32,000 nt of DNA from Cenarchaeum sp. (lineage in GTDB: Archaea; Thermoproteota; Nitrososphaeria; Nitrososphaerales; Nitrosopumilaceae), in contig OZ242221.1 in NCBI GenBank assembly GCA_965206845.1, positions 136,690 through 168,689 of the forward strand. The letters run 5' to 3'. The position numbers were made by a program, and so were the translations under genes. Below are positions 8,081 to 17,250 of this stretch, one piece after another; the stretch's first letter is position 1; the number at the start of each line of letters is the position of its first letter. The notes below the pieces were generated by a model. The model was not told the DNA's origin. It made no database searches and saw only the letters and a program-made list of their open reading frames with translations.

Positions 8081-9289
8081 ATGGATCTAAGCTACGACGA
8101 AATTCAGAAGGCCAGCAGGCTGAGGGGAAACGATATCAAGAAGACGCCCCTGATTCACTCACCAACATTCAGCTACATGACCGGCTCCGAGGTGTACCTC
8201 AAGGCGGAGTACCAGCAGAAGACCGGCTCCTTCAAGATCCGAGGCGCCTACTATAAGGTAAAGTCGCTGCCGGCAGAGGAGAAGAAGAACGGCGTAGTTG
8301 CTGCATCGGCAGGCAACCATGCGCAAGGCGTGGCGTATGCAGCCTCAATAGAGAAGATCCCGTGCACGATCGTAATGCCCAAGTCTGCATCTCCCGCAAA
8401 GGTGGCAGCCACACGGGGGTACGGTGCACAGGTCATACTGTATGGAAAGAACTATGACGAGTCATGGGCCATGGCAAGGCAGATATCCCGTGATACCGGC
8501 GCGGCCATAATTCACGCATTTGACGATCCATACATAATTGCGGCTCAGGGAGCCATTGGACTTGAGATTCTAGAAGACCTACCTGACGTGGAAGAGGTAT
8601 ACGTGCCGGTGGGCGGAGGCGGGCTTGCCGCCGGTGTCTTGACGGCGATAAAGACTGGACACCCGGATGTCCGTGTGATTGGGGTGCAGTCCAGCTCATT
8701 TCCAGCAATGTACGACTCGGTACAGGCAGACAGGCTCACCGAGTCCGGCGGCCAGCGCACCATTGCAGACGGCATCTCAGTTAGAAAGCCTGGCAAAATC
8801 ACTTTTGATGTGATCCGCAGACTGATCGACGACATGGTGCTGGTGGATGACTCGGAGATAATCAATGCCATGTTCTTGCTTTTGGAGCGATTAAAAGTGG
8901 TGGTGGAGCCTGCTGGAGCGGCTAGTCTGGCTTACTTGCTGTCACACAAGCCAGCTCCGGGAAAAAAGGTGGTTGCCATTCTGGCCGGTGGCAACGTAGA
9001 CATGTACTTGCTGGGACAGATAGTGGACAAGGGCCTGGCCGCTGCAGGCAGGCTGCTGAAGATCTCGATACTGCTCCCCGATGTTCCGGGCGCACTGAAA
9101 GATCTGGTGGATGAGATATCGCTTGCCAACGCAAACATAGTCGAGGTGTTCCACGACAGGCTCAGCTCCGACATCAGCGCAGGCTCTGCGGGCGTTACAC
9201 TCAGCCTAGAGACCCAGGGCAAAAAGAACGCAGATCTTCTGATAAGCAAGCTTCGGGAGAAGAAGATCAGCTTCAGGCTGCTCACATAA
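8081..9289 (+). CDS. ilvA: Threonine ammonia-lyase (threonine dehydratase) with C-terminal ACT-like domain
   Basis: It has the PLP-lysine motif SFKIRGAYYK and the Gly-rich loop VPVGGGGLAAG, with a regulatory C-terminal domain of about 80 aa. ATG at 8081 (the track starts at the TTG 8078). TATA-like aatcaaatatacc lies about 27 nt upstream. Confidence 0.9.
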   Translation: MDLSYDEIQKASRLRGNDIKKTPLIHSPTFSYMTGSEVYLKAEYQQKTGSFKIRGAYYKVKSLPAEEKKNGVVAASAGNHAQGVAYAASIEKIPCTIVMPKSASPAKVAATRGYGAQVILYGKNYDESWAMARQISRDTGAAIIHAFDDPYIIAAQGAIGLEILEDLPDVEEVYVPVGGGGLAAGVLTAIKTGHPDVRVIGVQSSSFPAMYDSVQADRLTESGGQRTIADGISVRKPGKITFDVIRRLIDDMVLVDDSEIINAMFLLLERLKVVVEPAGAASLAYLLSHKPAPGKKVVAILAGGNVDMYLLGQIVDKGLAAAGRLLKISILLPDVPGALKDLVDEISLANANIVEVFHDRLSSDISAGSAGVTLSLETQGKKNADLLISKLREKKISFRLLT

Positions 9290-9290
9290 G

Positions 9291-9842
9291 CTACGCCAGA
9301 AACTCTGACAATCCCTTTTTCTGCATCTCCTGGGACTCGGCCACCACGCGGTCGTGCTGCTCTGTTTTGTGGTTCTGCAGCTTACTGCGTATATCAGGAG
9401 AGTGTACCGCCAGTATCTTCATGGCGTATATGGCCGCGTTTGCCGCTTTGTTGATGCCGACGCATGCCACCGGAGAGCCGGTGGGCATCTCAGATATGGA
9501 GAGAAGCGAGTCCAGTCCTCCAAAGGCGGACGCCATGGGGCCGCCTGGATTCTTGTCGTTGTATACCATGATTGGAACGCCGATTACCGGGATTGTGGTG
9601 TATGATGCGATCATTCCGGGCAGGTGCGCGGCACCGCCGGCTCCCGCTATTATCACCTTGATGCCTGCATCCTCCGCATGTTTAGCGTACTCTGACAGCC
9701 TTGCCGGTGTCCGGTGCGCCGAGACCACCTGATCCTCGTGGGGTACCCCAAATTGGTCAAGTGTCTGGGTTGCCTGTACCATGATGCGGCCGTCGGATAC
9801 GGATCCCATGATTACGCCAATCTGTGGTCCATCGGACTGCAT
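9291..9842 (-). CDS. purE: N5-carboxyaminoimidazole ribonucleotide mutase
   Basis: IGVIMGSVSD...SAHRTP...IIAGAGGAAHLPGM...PVIGVP are canonical PurE motifs. TATA-like ctttaatatc lies about 25-33 nt upstream on the minus strand. Confidence 0.9.
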   Translation of the reverse strand: MQSDGPQIGVIMGSVSDGRIMVQATQTLDQFGVPHEDQVVSAHRTPARLSEYAKHAEDAGIKVIIAGAGGAAHLPGMIASYTTIPVIGVPIMVYNDKNPGGPMASAFGGLDSLLSISEMPTGSPVACVGINKAANAAIYAMKILAVHSPDIRSKLQNHKTEQHDRVVAESQEMQKKGLSEFLA

Positions 9843-10195
9843 TATGATATTCTAATCTATCTACAGATATTAAAGATAAGTGTCGATCCGGCGGCAGGAG
9901 ACCAGCTAACCCAAAGGCAGTCTGAAAGAGCACGAACACGCCAACAACACCGTCTCTCTGTCCATGTTCAATGCCGCGGCATGTGGGGGAGCGATTCTAG
10001 GAGGCGCCAGGTGCTGCATTCGGCAGAGAACCGCACCACTTGGCACCACTGCACAAATTCCACCACCCTCCTGCCTAACAGGAGAGTACACACTCAGGCC
10101 CGGTGTCTGCGTAGGCACGAAAAAACGCCGCATACTGCAAAATCACGCCTAGAAACGAAAGGGATCTGAGTGCATACACAGGAGACCTTGGTAGG

Positions 10196-10204
10196 TATAT
10201 AATA
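10196..10204 (+). promoter_or_regulatory. TATA box of the ribosomal-protein operon
   Basis: tatataata is centred about 30 nt upstream of the rpl3 ATG (10230). This implies a leaderless or near-leaderless first cistron. Confidence 0.55.
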
Positions 10205-10229
10205 CGGCAGGCGTCATTTTTCGTTTGTC

Positions 10230-11213
10230 ATGGGACATCGGAAGCACAGCCAACCCCGCAGGGGAAGCATGGCATACTATCCCCGGGTGCGCGCCAGAAG
10301 AATGTGGGCGCGCATAAGAGGCTGGCCCGAGATTGAGTCCTCACAGTCCCAGATGCTGGCTCACGTCGGGTTCAAAGCAGGCTGCGTTCAGATTGTAAGT
10401 ATTGACGACCGGGAGCATGTCCCAAACCGCGGAAAGCAGCTGGTAACACTGGGCACCGTGATTGTAACTCCGCCGGTAACCGTAATGGGAGTCCGCGGAT
10501 ACTCCAAGGATGCCTACGGCATGCATGCAGAGTTTGACGTGATGGCAGATGATGTCCCAAAAAAGATCTCAAAGTATACCGAGATCAGGGGCGGTACGCC
10601 ACTGGATGTTGCTAGAAAGATGCTGCCAAGGATAACCGAGATCTTTGCGCTAATAGCAGTGTCACCCCGGGCCGCAGGCTTGGAGCAAAAAAAACCATAC
10701 ATGTTTGAGAGCCCCATCAGATGCGGCAGTGTCGAGTCCCAGTTTGCGTTTGGAGTGGAGCGCCTGGGAAAGGAGATAAAGTTTGGCGACGTCTTTCAGA
10801 CCGGCGCCATGGTAGATGTTGGGGCCATCACCAAAGGCAAGGGATGGCAGGGTGTAATTCAGAGGATGGGCGTAAAGCGCAAGCAGCACAAATCCCGCAA
10901 GACAGTAAGGGAGGTTGGCTCGCTGGGCCCCATATCTCCCCAGAGTGTAATGTATACTGTACCACGGGCAGGCCAGATGGGATTCCACCAGCGTGTTGAG
11001 TACAGCAAGAGGATTATGATAATCGGAAACACCGAAGAAGGTGCCGTAGGCCCGCCAGGAGGATTCAAGCACTTTGGGGACGTGAAGGGCGACTATATCA
11101 TAGTAAAGGGATCTGTTCCCGGGACATACCGCCGAATGATAAAGATAAGATCACCCATCAGAAACATACCTGCCAAGGTTCTCAAGCCAAACATACTAGA
11201 GGTCGTGACATGA
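10230..11213 (+). CDS. rpl3: 50S ribosomal protein L3 (uL3)
   Basis: MGHRKHSQPRRGSMAYYPRVRA... is the archaeal uL3 N-terminus, and KGKGWQGVIQRMG is present. It is the first gene of the operon. Confidence 0.95.
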   Translation: MGHRKHSQPRRGSMAYYPRVRARRMWARIRGWPEIESSQSQMLAHVGFKAGCVQIVSIDDREHVPNRGKQLVTLGTVIVTPPVTVMGVRGYSKDAYGMHAEFDVMADDVPKKISKYTEIRGGTPLDVARKMLPRITEIFALIAVSPRAAGLEQKKPYMFESPIRCGSVESQFAFGVERLGKEIKFGDVFQTGAMVDVGAITKGKGWQGVIQRMGVKRKQHKSRKTVREVGSLGPISPQSVMYTVPRAGQMGFHQRVEYSKRIMIIGNTEEGAVGPPGGFKHFGDVKGDYIIVKGSVPGTYRRMIKIRSPIRNIPAKVLKPNILEVVT

Positions 11214-12019
11214 GCGTACCGGTATATTCGATAACGGGAACAAAGGAGGGCGAGATCGAGCTTCCGCCGGTGTTTCAGACGCCCTACAGGTATGATATAA
11301 TACACAAGGCCCACACCAGCTTGTACTCACACGGATTTCAGCCAAAGGGAGTTCACCCCACGGCGGGCCAGGACGTATCCGCAGACAGTCTGGATCCGCC
11401 CACGGGACACGGCCGGTCCAGAGTTGCAAGGATCCGCGGGGGCGGAAGAAGACAGGGCCAGGCAGCAGAGGTGGCATCCACGCGCGGTGGAAGGCAAGCA
11501 CACCCGCCAAAATCCCAGAAGGTTATTTACAAAAAGCTGAACAAAAAAGAGAACAGGCTGGCGCTGTGTTCTGCCATTGCTGCCACTGCCTCAAGAGAGA
11601 TAGTCGAGTCCCGCGGTCACAAAACCGACGGCATACAATCGCTTCCCATCGTAGTGTCAGATGATGCCGAGTCAATCTCAAAGACAAAGGACCTGGCACG
11701 GATGCTAGACGCGCTGGGCTTGAGTCCAGACATGGCGCGTCTTGAGAGCAGAAAGGCCCGCTCCGGAAAGCCATTGCTGCGTGGAAGATCCAAAAAGACC
11801 GGCAAGAGTGCCCTGCTTGTGGTCAAGTCGCCAGAACTGCTCTCCCGGGCCTGCGGCACCCTTGCTGGCATCCAGGCAGCAGACGTACGGAACATATCTG
11901 TGCTGGATCTGGCCCCAGGATCGGCTCCTGCAAGGCTTGTAGTGTACACAAGGGGGGCAATAGAAGAGCTGACAAAGATACAGTCTCCACATCTGGAGCT
12001 GATGGTGACGATGGGATGA
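11210..12019 (+). CDS. rpl4: 50S ribosomal protein L4 (uL4)
   Basis: ATGA overlap with the rpl3 stop. It has the basic loop GHGRSRVARIRGGGRRQGQAA. Position after L3. Confidence 0.92.
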   Translation: MSVPVYSITGTKEGEIELPPVFQTPYRYDIIHKAHTSLYSHGFQPKGVHPTAGQDVSADSLDPPTGHGRSRVARIRGGGRRQGQAAEVASTRGGRQAHPPKSQKVIYKKLNKKENRLALCSAIAATASREIVESRGHKTDGIQSLPIVVSDDAESISKTKDLARMLDALGLSPDMARLESRKARSGKPLLRGRSKKTGKSALLVVKSPELLSRACGTLAGIQAADVRNISVLDLAPGSAPARLVVYTRGAIEELTKIQSPHLELMVTMG

Positions 12020-12282
12020 ATGTAGAGCAGGCATACAGAGTAATACTCGGAACCCATACCACGGAGAAGACTTTTCCCATGGTGGAGAACGAAGGCAAGA
12101 TCTGTTTTATTGTGGAGCGGAATGCCACCAAGAACAAGATTGCAGAGGCGGTAAGGGCATTGTACGAGCAGGACGCAATACGCATCAACACTGCTAGAAC
12201 CGTACGGGGCAAAAAGGCCTTTGTAAAATTCAAGGATGTAGGTGTCGCAAGAGATCTTGCCACAAAGATGGGAATGCTATAA
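12016..12282 (+). CDS. rpl23: 50S ribosomal protein L23 (uL23)
   Basis: ATGA overlap with the rpl4 stop. TEKTFPMVENEGKICFIVERNATKNKI...KKAFVKF is uL23-like. Confidence 0.9.
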   Translation: MNVEQAYRVILGTHTTEKTFPMVENEGKICFIVERNATKNKIAEAVRALYEQDAIRINTARTVRGKKAFVKFKDVGVARDLATKMGML

Positions 12283-12324
12283 TAATGGCGGAGCTGAGCG
12301 CGTTCTTATAACGGTGAAGATGGC

Positions 12325-12720
12325 ATGGTAAGAAAATTCGAGTACAGGGGAATAGAACAGGCGGAGCTTGAAGCGCTCCCGCTGACAAAGATCTTTGAGC
12401 TCTTCAACTCTAGGCAGAGGCGTTCACTGACTAGGGGCATTACAGACGGCAAGAGAAAACTGATCGAGGAGATCAAGTCAGCCAAGGCAGGAAAAGAGGC
12501 AGGCCCCATCAAAACCCACGTTCGGGACCTCATCGTACTGCCATATATGGTCGGGGCCACGATCCAGGTGTACTCGGGAAAAGAGTTTCAGCCTGTTACC
12601 ATATCCGTAGAGATGATCGGTCACTATATCGGAGAATATGTAATTACAAACAAAAGGGTAAACCACGGAGCCCCTGGCGTAGGGGCGTCAAGGTCTAGCC
12701 TGTATGTGCCGCTGAAGTGA
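12325..12720 (+). CDS. rps19: 30S ribosomal protein S19 (uS19)
   Basis: It has THVRDLIVLPYMVGATIQVYSGKEF and GHYIGEYVITNKRVNHGAPGVGASRSS. A GGTGA Shine-Dalgarno-like box lies 8 nt upstream. Confidence 0.93.
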   Translation: MVRKFEYRGIEQAELEALPLTKIFELFNSRQRRSLTRGITDGKRKLIEEIKSAKAGKEAGPIKTHVRDLIVLPYMVGATIQVYSGKEFQPVTISVEMIGHYIGEYVITNKRVNHGAPGVGASRSSLYVPLK

Positions 12721-12726
12721 TCAGAT

Positions 12727-13185
12727 ATGGGAGACTACGGATATGCCTTTGAATCATTTGACCCGAAAATCCATGTCCGAGCATCCATGAGGGAGCGGCA
12801 GATATCGCACAAACATGCAAGGGAGATTGCAGTACACATCAAAGGCTCATCCACAGAAAAGGCGCGGGACTTTCTGTTGGCAGTGATAAACCTTGAGAGG
12901 GCCGTGCCGTTTCGAAGATACAAAACACAGGTGGGCCACAAGTCCGATCCAGGCGTAATGTCTGGAAGGTACCCGCAAAAGGCCGCAAAAGAGTTCATCA
13001 AGCTGCTGGACAACTTGGAGACCAACGCAGAATACAAAGGAATGGACACGGACAGGTTGCAGATCATAAACGCAACGGTTCACAAGGGGATAAAGATCCG
13101 TCGGTTCATCCCCCGTGCCTTTGGCAGGGCGACACCCAAGAACAACATACTTACCCATGTGGAACTGGTGGCGCGGGAGAAGTAG
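12727..13185 (+). CDS. rpl22: 50S ribosomal protein L22 (uL22)
   Basis: It has [15 protein letters not shown]...VPFRRY...GHKSD...[11 protein letters not shown]...PRAFGRATP. Confidence 0.93.
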   Translation: MGDYGYAFESFDPKIHVRASMRERQISHKHAREIAVHIKGSSTEKARDFLLAVINLERAVPFRRYKTQVGHKSDPGVMSGRYPQKAAKEFIKLLDNLETNAEYKGMDTDRLQIINATVHKGIKIRRFIPRAFGRATPKNNILTHVELVAREK

Positions 13186-13187
13186 GC

Positions 13188-13937
13188 ATGTCGGCGGTAA
13201 AGAGCGTAATCAAGGACAACTACAACATGATGTTGCTCCGGGACTATCTCCGCGAGAAGATCAAGGAGTCGGGGTTCTCTCACGCCAGTATCTCAAAGTC
13301 ACCCACTGGCACCAAGATTATTTTGCATGTTACGAGGCCGGGAATAGTCATAGGGCGGAAAGGGTCAAGCATTAGGGAGCTTACAGAGAGATTAGCAACG
13401 GACTTTGGGCTGAAGAACCCCCAAATTACCGTGAACGAAATTCCACAACCCGAGCTCTCGCCAAGCGTGATGTGCAACAGAATGGCAGCGCACTTGGAAC
13501 GTGGAACTGCCTTCAGGCGGGCCACCATGTGGACCATGCAGCAGATCATGCAGAGCGGTGCCAGAGGAGTCCAGATCTCGATATCCGGAAAGCTGCGGGG
13601 TGACAGATCCGCGTTTGAAAAGCACACCCAGGGGATACTGCCCAGGGCCGGCCAGACGGCCAAGGACATAGTATCTGAGGACGTGGTGCATGTGAAGACC
13701 CCCATGGGACTCATCGGCATCAAGATACGAATTGCCATCGAAAAGAACTACATACCCGACTTTAAGATGAAAGCCCACAAGCCAGAACCGGTCAAGACAG
13801 TTGCTCCGGAACCGGTCGGTGCCGATACGACAGAGCCTGCCAGGCCGGTAGCCAAGACCGAGTCTGAACATACGGCCATAGGGGAGAGCAGGATAAAGGA
13901 GATCGACATTGAAGTGAAGGCGGAGATCAAGCAATGA
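13188..13937 (+). CDS. rps3: 30S ribosomal protein S3 (uS3)
   Basis: KH-domain core [22 protein letters not shown], then [10 protein letters not shown] and [13 protein letters not shown]. The C-terminal tail is Pro/Glu-rich. Confidence 0.93.
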   Translation: MSAVKSVIKDNYNMMLLRDYLREKIKESGFSHASISKSPTGTKIILHVTRPGIVIGRKGSSIRELTERLATDFGLKNPQITVNEIPQPELSPSVMCNRMAAHLERGTAFRRATMWTMQQIMQSGARGVQISISGKLRGDRSAFEKHTQGILPRAGQTAKDIVSEDVVHVKTPMGLIGIKIRIAIEKNYIPDFKMKAHKPEPVKTVAPEPVGADTTEPARPVAKTESEHTAIGESRIKEIDIEVKAEIKQ

Positions 13938-14137
13938 GTCGCGTCAGGATGAAAGCCATCAGGGAGATGAGCGAGGAAGACATCAAGGACAGGATCCAAG
14001 AGTTCCGCACGGAGCTGCTAAAGCTGCGAACCAACGCTGCCAGCGGCACGCTTCGCAAAGACAGTGGCAGGATCAGGCCGCTGCGGCGAGACATTGCCAG
14101 GATGAAGACCAGGCTAAACGAGATGAAGAAGAGATGA
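13934..14137 (+). CDS. rpl29: 50S ribosomal protein L29 (uL29)
   Basis: ATGA overlap. It has [24 protein letters not shown]...[13 protein letters not shown]. Confidence 0.9.
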   Translation: MSRVRMKAIREMSEEDIKDRIQEFRTELLKLRTNAASGTLRKDSGRIRPLRRDIARMKTRLNEMKKR

Positions 14138-14397
14138 TCACGGTAGAGAATATTGCGTCCCACGAGCTTGTAGGACTGCACGCGCAAGTTACAGGCTCGT
14201 CCAACAAGTGCCTGATCGGGTTGCAGGGCGTTGTGGCAGACGAGACAAAGTCCATGCTCTGCCTCAGGGACGGCCGCCGCAGGATAATGGTTCCCAAGGC
14301 GCACAGCACATGGAGGTTTACGGTGAGGGGCTGCCGCATTGTGCTTGATGGCAGCATGATTCAAAAGAGACCGCACGAGAGGTTGGGAAGAAGATGA
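14134..14397 (+). CDS. rnp1: RNase P protein component 1 (Rpp29/Pop4)
   Basis: ATGA overlap. HELVGLHAQVTGSSNKCLIGLQGVVADETKSMLCL...VPKAHSTWRF is Rpp29-like. It occupies the archaeal-specific slot between L29 and S17. Confidence 0.85.
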   Translation: MITVENIASHELVGLHAQVTGSSNKCLIGLQGVVADETKSMLCLRDGRRRIMVPKAHSTWRFTVRGCRIVLDGSMIQKRPHERLGRR

Positions 14398-14723
14398 CAC
14401 GAAATATCGGACTGCCGGTAAAAGATCCGGGCCGCAACGCGGATGCCGGCGACGCAAAGAACCCATTCAACGGTACCTTGTCGGTAAGGGGCAAGCTCTT
14501 TGAGGGCACCGTGGTAAGGGCCTCTGCAAAAAACACGATAGTCATAGAGAAAGAGTCCCCCATCTATTTTACCAAATTCAAGAGATATGCCAGGGCCAAG
14601 AGCAGGATCCATGCCCATGTGCCGTCCAACCTACAGGTAAGTGAGGGCGATCGGGTTCTGGCTGCTGAGTGCAGGCCACTTGCCAAGTCAGTATCGTTTG
14701 TTGTAGTGGAGGTTCGAAGCTAG
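14394..14723 (+). CDS. rps17: 30S ribosomal protein S17 (uS17)
   Basis: ATGA overlap. It has NPFNGTLSVRGKLFEGTVV...KRYARAKSRIHAH...GDRVLAAECRPLAKSVSFVV. Confidence 0.92.
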   Translation: MTRNIGLPVKDPGRNADAGDAKNPFNGTLSVRGKLFEGTVVRASAKNTIVIEKESPIYFTKFKRYARAKSRIHAHVPSNLQVSEGDRVLAAECRPLAKSVSFVVVEVRS

Positions 14724-15157
14724 TGTCACAGGGGCGTAGCCGCGGCAAGGCAAAGGGCGTCGAAGAGTTCCGTCCCTACGTTACCCGGGCACTGCCCGTA
14801 GGAGCTCGGATCACATGTGCGGACAACACGGGAGCGAAGATACTGGAGATTGTAATGGTGCAAAAGATAAAGACCCGTGTTTCGCGGTTGCCTGCCGCGG
14901 CGGTGGGCGACTTTGTAAACGTTGTAGTGAAGAAGGGACCGGCGGAGCTCAGAAAGCAGGTGTGGGGAGCCGTGATAGTGAGGCAAAAGTATCCTGTCAG
15001 GAGGCTCAACGGAGTCCGTGTTGCCTTTGAGGACAACGCAGGTGTATTGACCACAAAAGAGGGAGAGGTCAAGGGCACCGACATAAAGGGACCCGTAGCC
15101 GCAGAGGCGTCCGAGAAGTGGCCTAGGCTGGCAAATTTAGCCTCAACGGTGATATAG
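14723..15157 (+). CDS. rpl14: 50S ribosomal protein L14 (uL14)
   Basis: [22 protein letters not shown] is the uL14 core. I place the start at the GTG 14723, which overlaps the last base of the rps17 TAG stop. The track ORF from 14669 lies inside rps17. Confidence 0.85.
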   Translation: MSQGRSRGKAKGVEEFRPYVTRALPVGARITCADNTGAKILEIVMVQKIKTRVSRLPAAAVGDFVNVVVKKGPAELRKQVWGAVIVRQKYPVRRLNGVRVAFEDNAGVLTTKEGEVKGTDIKGPVAAEASEKWPRLANLASTVI

Positions 15158-15158
15158 A

Positions 15159-15824
15159 ATGAAGCCAACAAAGATGAGAAACCGGCAGATATACAAGGCA
15201 ACTTTCAAGGTGCGCAGTGGCCAGGTGGGAGCCCCGCTGTCAGACGAGCTGCGGGAGAGGTACGGCAGGCGCTCAGTCAGGGTTGTAAAAGGCGACAACG
15301 TGTCTGTGATGCGTGGCGTGTACAAGGACATCCAAGGCAAGATTGCCCGGGTCATGGTATCTACAGGCAGGGTCGCCATCGAGGGCATAAAGAAGGAGAA
15401 GGGAAAAGGGGACAAGATCGACATACTGATTCACGCGTCAAACCTTGTGGTTACCTCGCTGAACACCAATGACTCTAAGAGGATGGCAAAGATAGACAAA
15501 AAGGGCCAACCATCAGGGGATGCAAGCGGGATCACGGAAGCAGCAACGGACAAAGTGGCAACAGATGCAAGCACAAGTGAGATCAAGGAAGCGGCGGCCG
15601 GTGGGATCAAAGAAGATGCGGTGACAGATGAGTCAGCAGGCAGGATCAAGGAAGATGTAGCGTCGGATGCAAGCACAAGTGAGATCAAGGAAGCCGCAAC
15701 AGGTGAGAACAAAGAGGGTGCAGTAGCAGATGAGTCAGCAGGCAAAAACAGGCCCGATACGAAAAGCAATGAAGCAGATACGAACAGTAAAATGCATGAA
15801 CAGCAGACCGGTGAGAGTAAGTAA
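15159..15824 (+). CDS. rpl24: 50S ribosomal protein L24 (uL24) with a C-terminal acidic low-complexity extension of about 100 aa
   Basis: The KOW core [24 protein letters not shown]...[11 protein letters not shown] ends near aa 105. The remaining 115 aa or so are Asp/Glu/Ala/Ser/Thr-rich and contain a duplicated 34-aa unit. Confidence 0.9.
   Translation: MKPTKMRNRQIYKATFKVRSGQVGAPLSDELRERYGRRSVRVVKGDNVSVMRGVYKDIQGKIARVMVSTGRVAIEGIKKEKGKGDKIDILIHASNLVVTSLNTNDSKRMAKIDKKGQPSGDASGITEAATDKVATDASTSEIKEAAAGGIKEDAVTDESAGRIKEDVASDASTSEIKEAATGENKEGAVADESAGKNRPDTKSNEADTNSKMHEQQTGESK
15564..15744 (+). repeat. Intragenic 102-bp (34-aa) tandem duplication in the rpl24 tail
   Basis: gatgcaagcacaagtgagatcaaggaagc... 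occurs at 15564 and again at 15666 ([21 protein letters not shown]). I counted 11 mismatches over the 79 aligned nt of the second copy. Confidence 0.85.
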
Positions 15825-16540
15825 TGGTTAGCATTTCAGGAAGCAAGAAGCTCAAGAGACAGATGGCCCCGCTCTTCTGGGGAATCGGAAGAAAGGAAAA
15901 GTGTTTTGTGGTTACGGTAAGGCCAGGCCCACACTCTAGGCACTATTCCATCCCATCGGCGGTATTTCTGCGTGATACTTTGGGCATCGTATCTTCGCTG
16001 CGGGAGGCCAAGACGGCAATCTATGGCGGCGGAGTGTCTGTTGACGGAGTCAAGCGCAAGTCGTTGCATCACGGCATCGGACTCATGGACGTAGTCCAAC
16101 TGAAGAACATGCCAGAGGCGTACAGGATGGTGCCCTCTGACGGAACGCTTCTCAAACCCATCGTCATCAACGAGTCAGAGAAGAACAGAAAGCTCTGCAG
16201 GGTAATCAGCAAGACCGTCACCCGTGGGCAGAAGATGCAGATCGGATTGCACGACGGCCGCTCCATAATATCGGACATCGCGGTGAACGTGGGTGACACA
16301 CTCCTACTGCAGGTGCCAGATCAGAAGGTTCTAGATGTGATACCACTGGCAGCCGGCTGCCAGGCAATAGTAATCGGCGGTGCAAACGCGGGCCAGACTG
16401 GAACCGTGCAAGAGATAAAAGATGGCACATTTGTCCTTCCCAGGATGGCAACTATAGAACTGGGCCAAAGAACGATACAGATTCCCACCGGAATCATAAT
16501 GGCAGTGGGTCGGGAAACCCCGTCGATTCAAATCAGGTGA
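15824..16540 (+). CDS. rps4e: 30S ribosomal protein S4e (eS4)
   Basis: TAATG overlap. It has GSKKLKRQMAPLFWGIGRKEKCFVVTVRPGPH and the KOW-like region AIVIGGANAGQTGTV. Confidence 0.93.
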   Translation: MVSISGSKKLKRQMAPLFWGIGRKEKCFVVTVRPGPHSRHYSIPSAVFLRDTLGIVSSLREAKTAIYGGGVSVDGVKRKSLHHGIGLMDVVQLKNMPEAYRMVPSDGTLLKPIVINESEKNRKLCRVISKTVTRGQKMQIGLHDGRSIISDIAVNVGDTLLLQVPDQKVLDVIPLAAGCQAIVIGGANAGQTGTVQEIKDGTFVLPRMATIELGQRTIQIPTGIIMAVGRETPSIQIR

Positions 16541-16544
16541 TAAC

Positions 16545-17066
16545 ATGGCGCAAGAGACACAGAATATCATGAAGCAGATATACCTGGACAAGGTGGTTCT
16601 GAACATGGGGGTGGGCAAGTCCGGCCCGGCCATAGTGGCAGCCAAAAAGGCCCTAGATCAGATATCGGGAAGAAAGTCCTGCCCCAGGGATGCTCGGGAG
16701 ACTCAGAGAGACTTTGGTGTCAGAAAGGGAGAGCCCATCGGCGCGGCCGTCACGGTACGGGGAGAGGAGGCCACAGCACTGCTCAAAAGGCTCCTTCAGG
16801 CCAAGGGAAACGTGGTACGGGCCAAATCCTTTGACAGCTTTGGAAACTTTTCCTTTGGGATTGCCGAGCATATCGACATACCTGGCGTCAAGTACGATCC
16901 CGAGATAGGAATTCTCGGTATGGACGTGGCAGTCTCCTTGCAGAGGCCAGGATACGCAATACGCAAGAGAAGCAGGCACAAGGCAAGGATCGGCAAGACC
17001 CACAGGGTATCTGCGCAGGAGGCAAGGGACTATATCGTAAGCCAGTTTGGGGTGAATACAGAGTAA
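16545..17066 (+). CDS. rpl5: 50S ribosomal protein L5 (uL5)
   Basis: It has KVVLNMGVGKSG...FGVRKGEPIGAAVTVRGEEA...FSFGIAEHIDIPGVKYDP. AGGTGAT Shine-Dalgarno-like box upstream. Confidence 0.93.
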   Translation: MAQETQNIMKQIYLDKVVLNMGVGKSGPAIVAAKKALDQISGRKSCPRDARETQRDFGVRKGEPIGAAVTVRGEEATALLKRLLQAKGNVVRAKSFDSFGNFSFGIAEHIDIPGVKYDPEIGILGMDVAVSLQRPGYAIRKRSRHKARIGKTHRVSAQEARDYIVSQFGVNTE

Positions 17067-17245
17067 TGCCAAAGGACAGATCTTACGAGTTTACCGGAAG
17101 AAAGAAGCACTCCTTTGGACGCGGCTCCCGATGGTGCAAGAGGTGTGGTGACTACACCTCCGTGATACAAAAGTACAAGCTCATGCTGTGCCGCCGATGC
17201 TTCAGGGAGGTAGCAGAATCTTTGGGATTCAGGAAGAATATGTGA
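17066..17245 (+). CDS. rps14: 30S ribosomal protein S14 type Z (uS14, zinc form), 59 aa, below the ORF-track cutoff
   Basis: Hand translation gives MPKDRSYEFTGRKKHSFGRGSRWCKRCGDYTSVIQKYKLMLCRRCFREVAESLGFRKNM*. It has a CxxC...CxxC zinc knuckle. TAATG overlap with the rpl5 stop. Expected slot between L5 and S8. Confidence 0.9.
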   Translation: MPKDRSYEFTGRKKHSFGRGSRWCKRCGDYTSVIQKYKLMLCRRCFREVAESLGFRKNM

Positions 17246-17250
17246 TCATC

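Noticed and set aside
14669-14722. ORF-track start of rpl14 at 14669
   Set aside because: It lies within the rps17 coding region and adds a Cys/Ser-rich non-homologous peptide. The GTG at 14723 overlapping the rps17 stop gives a normal uL14 N-terminus.
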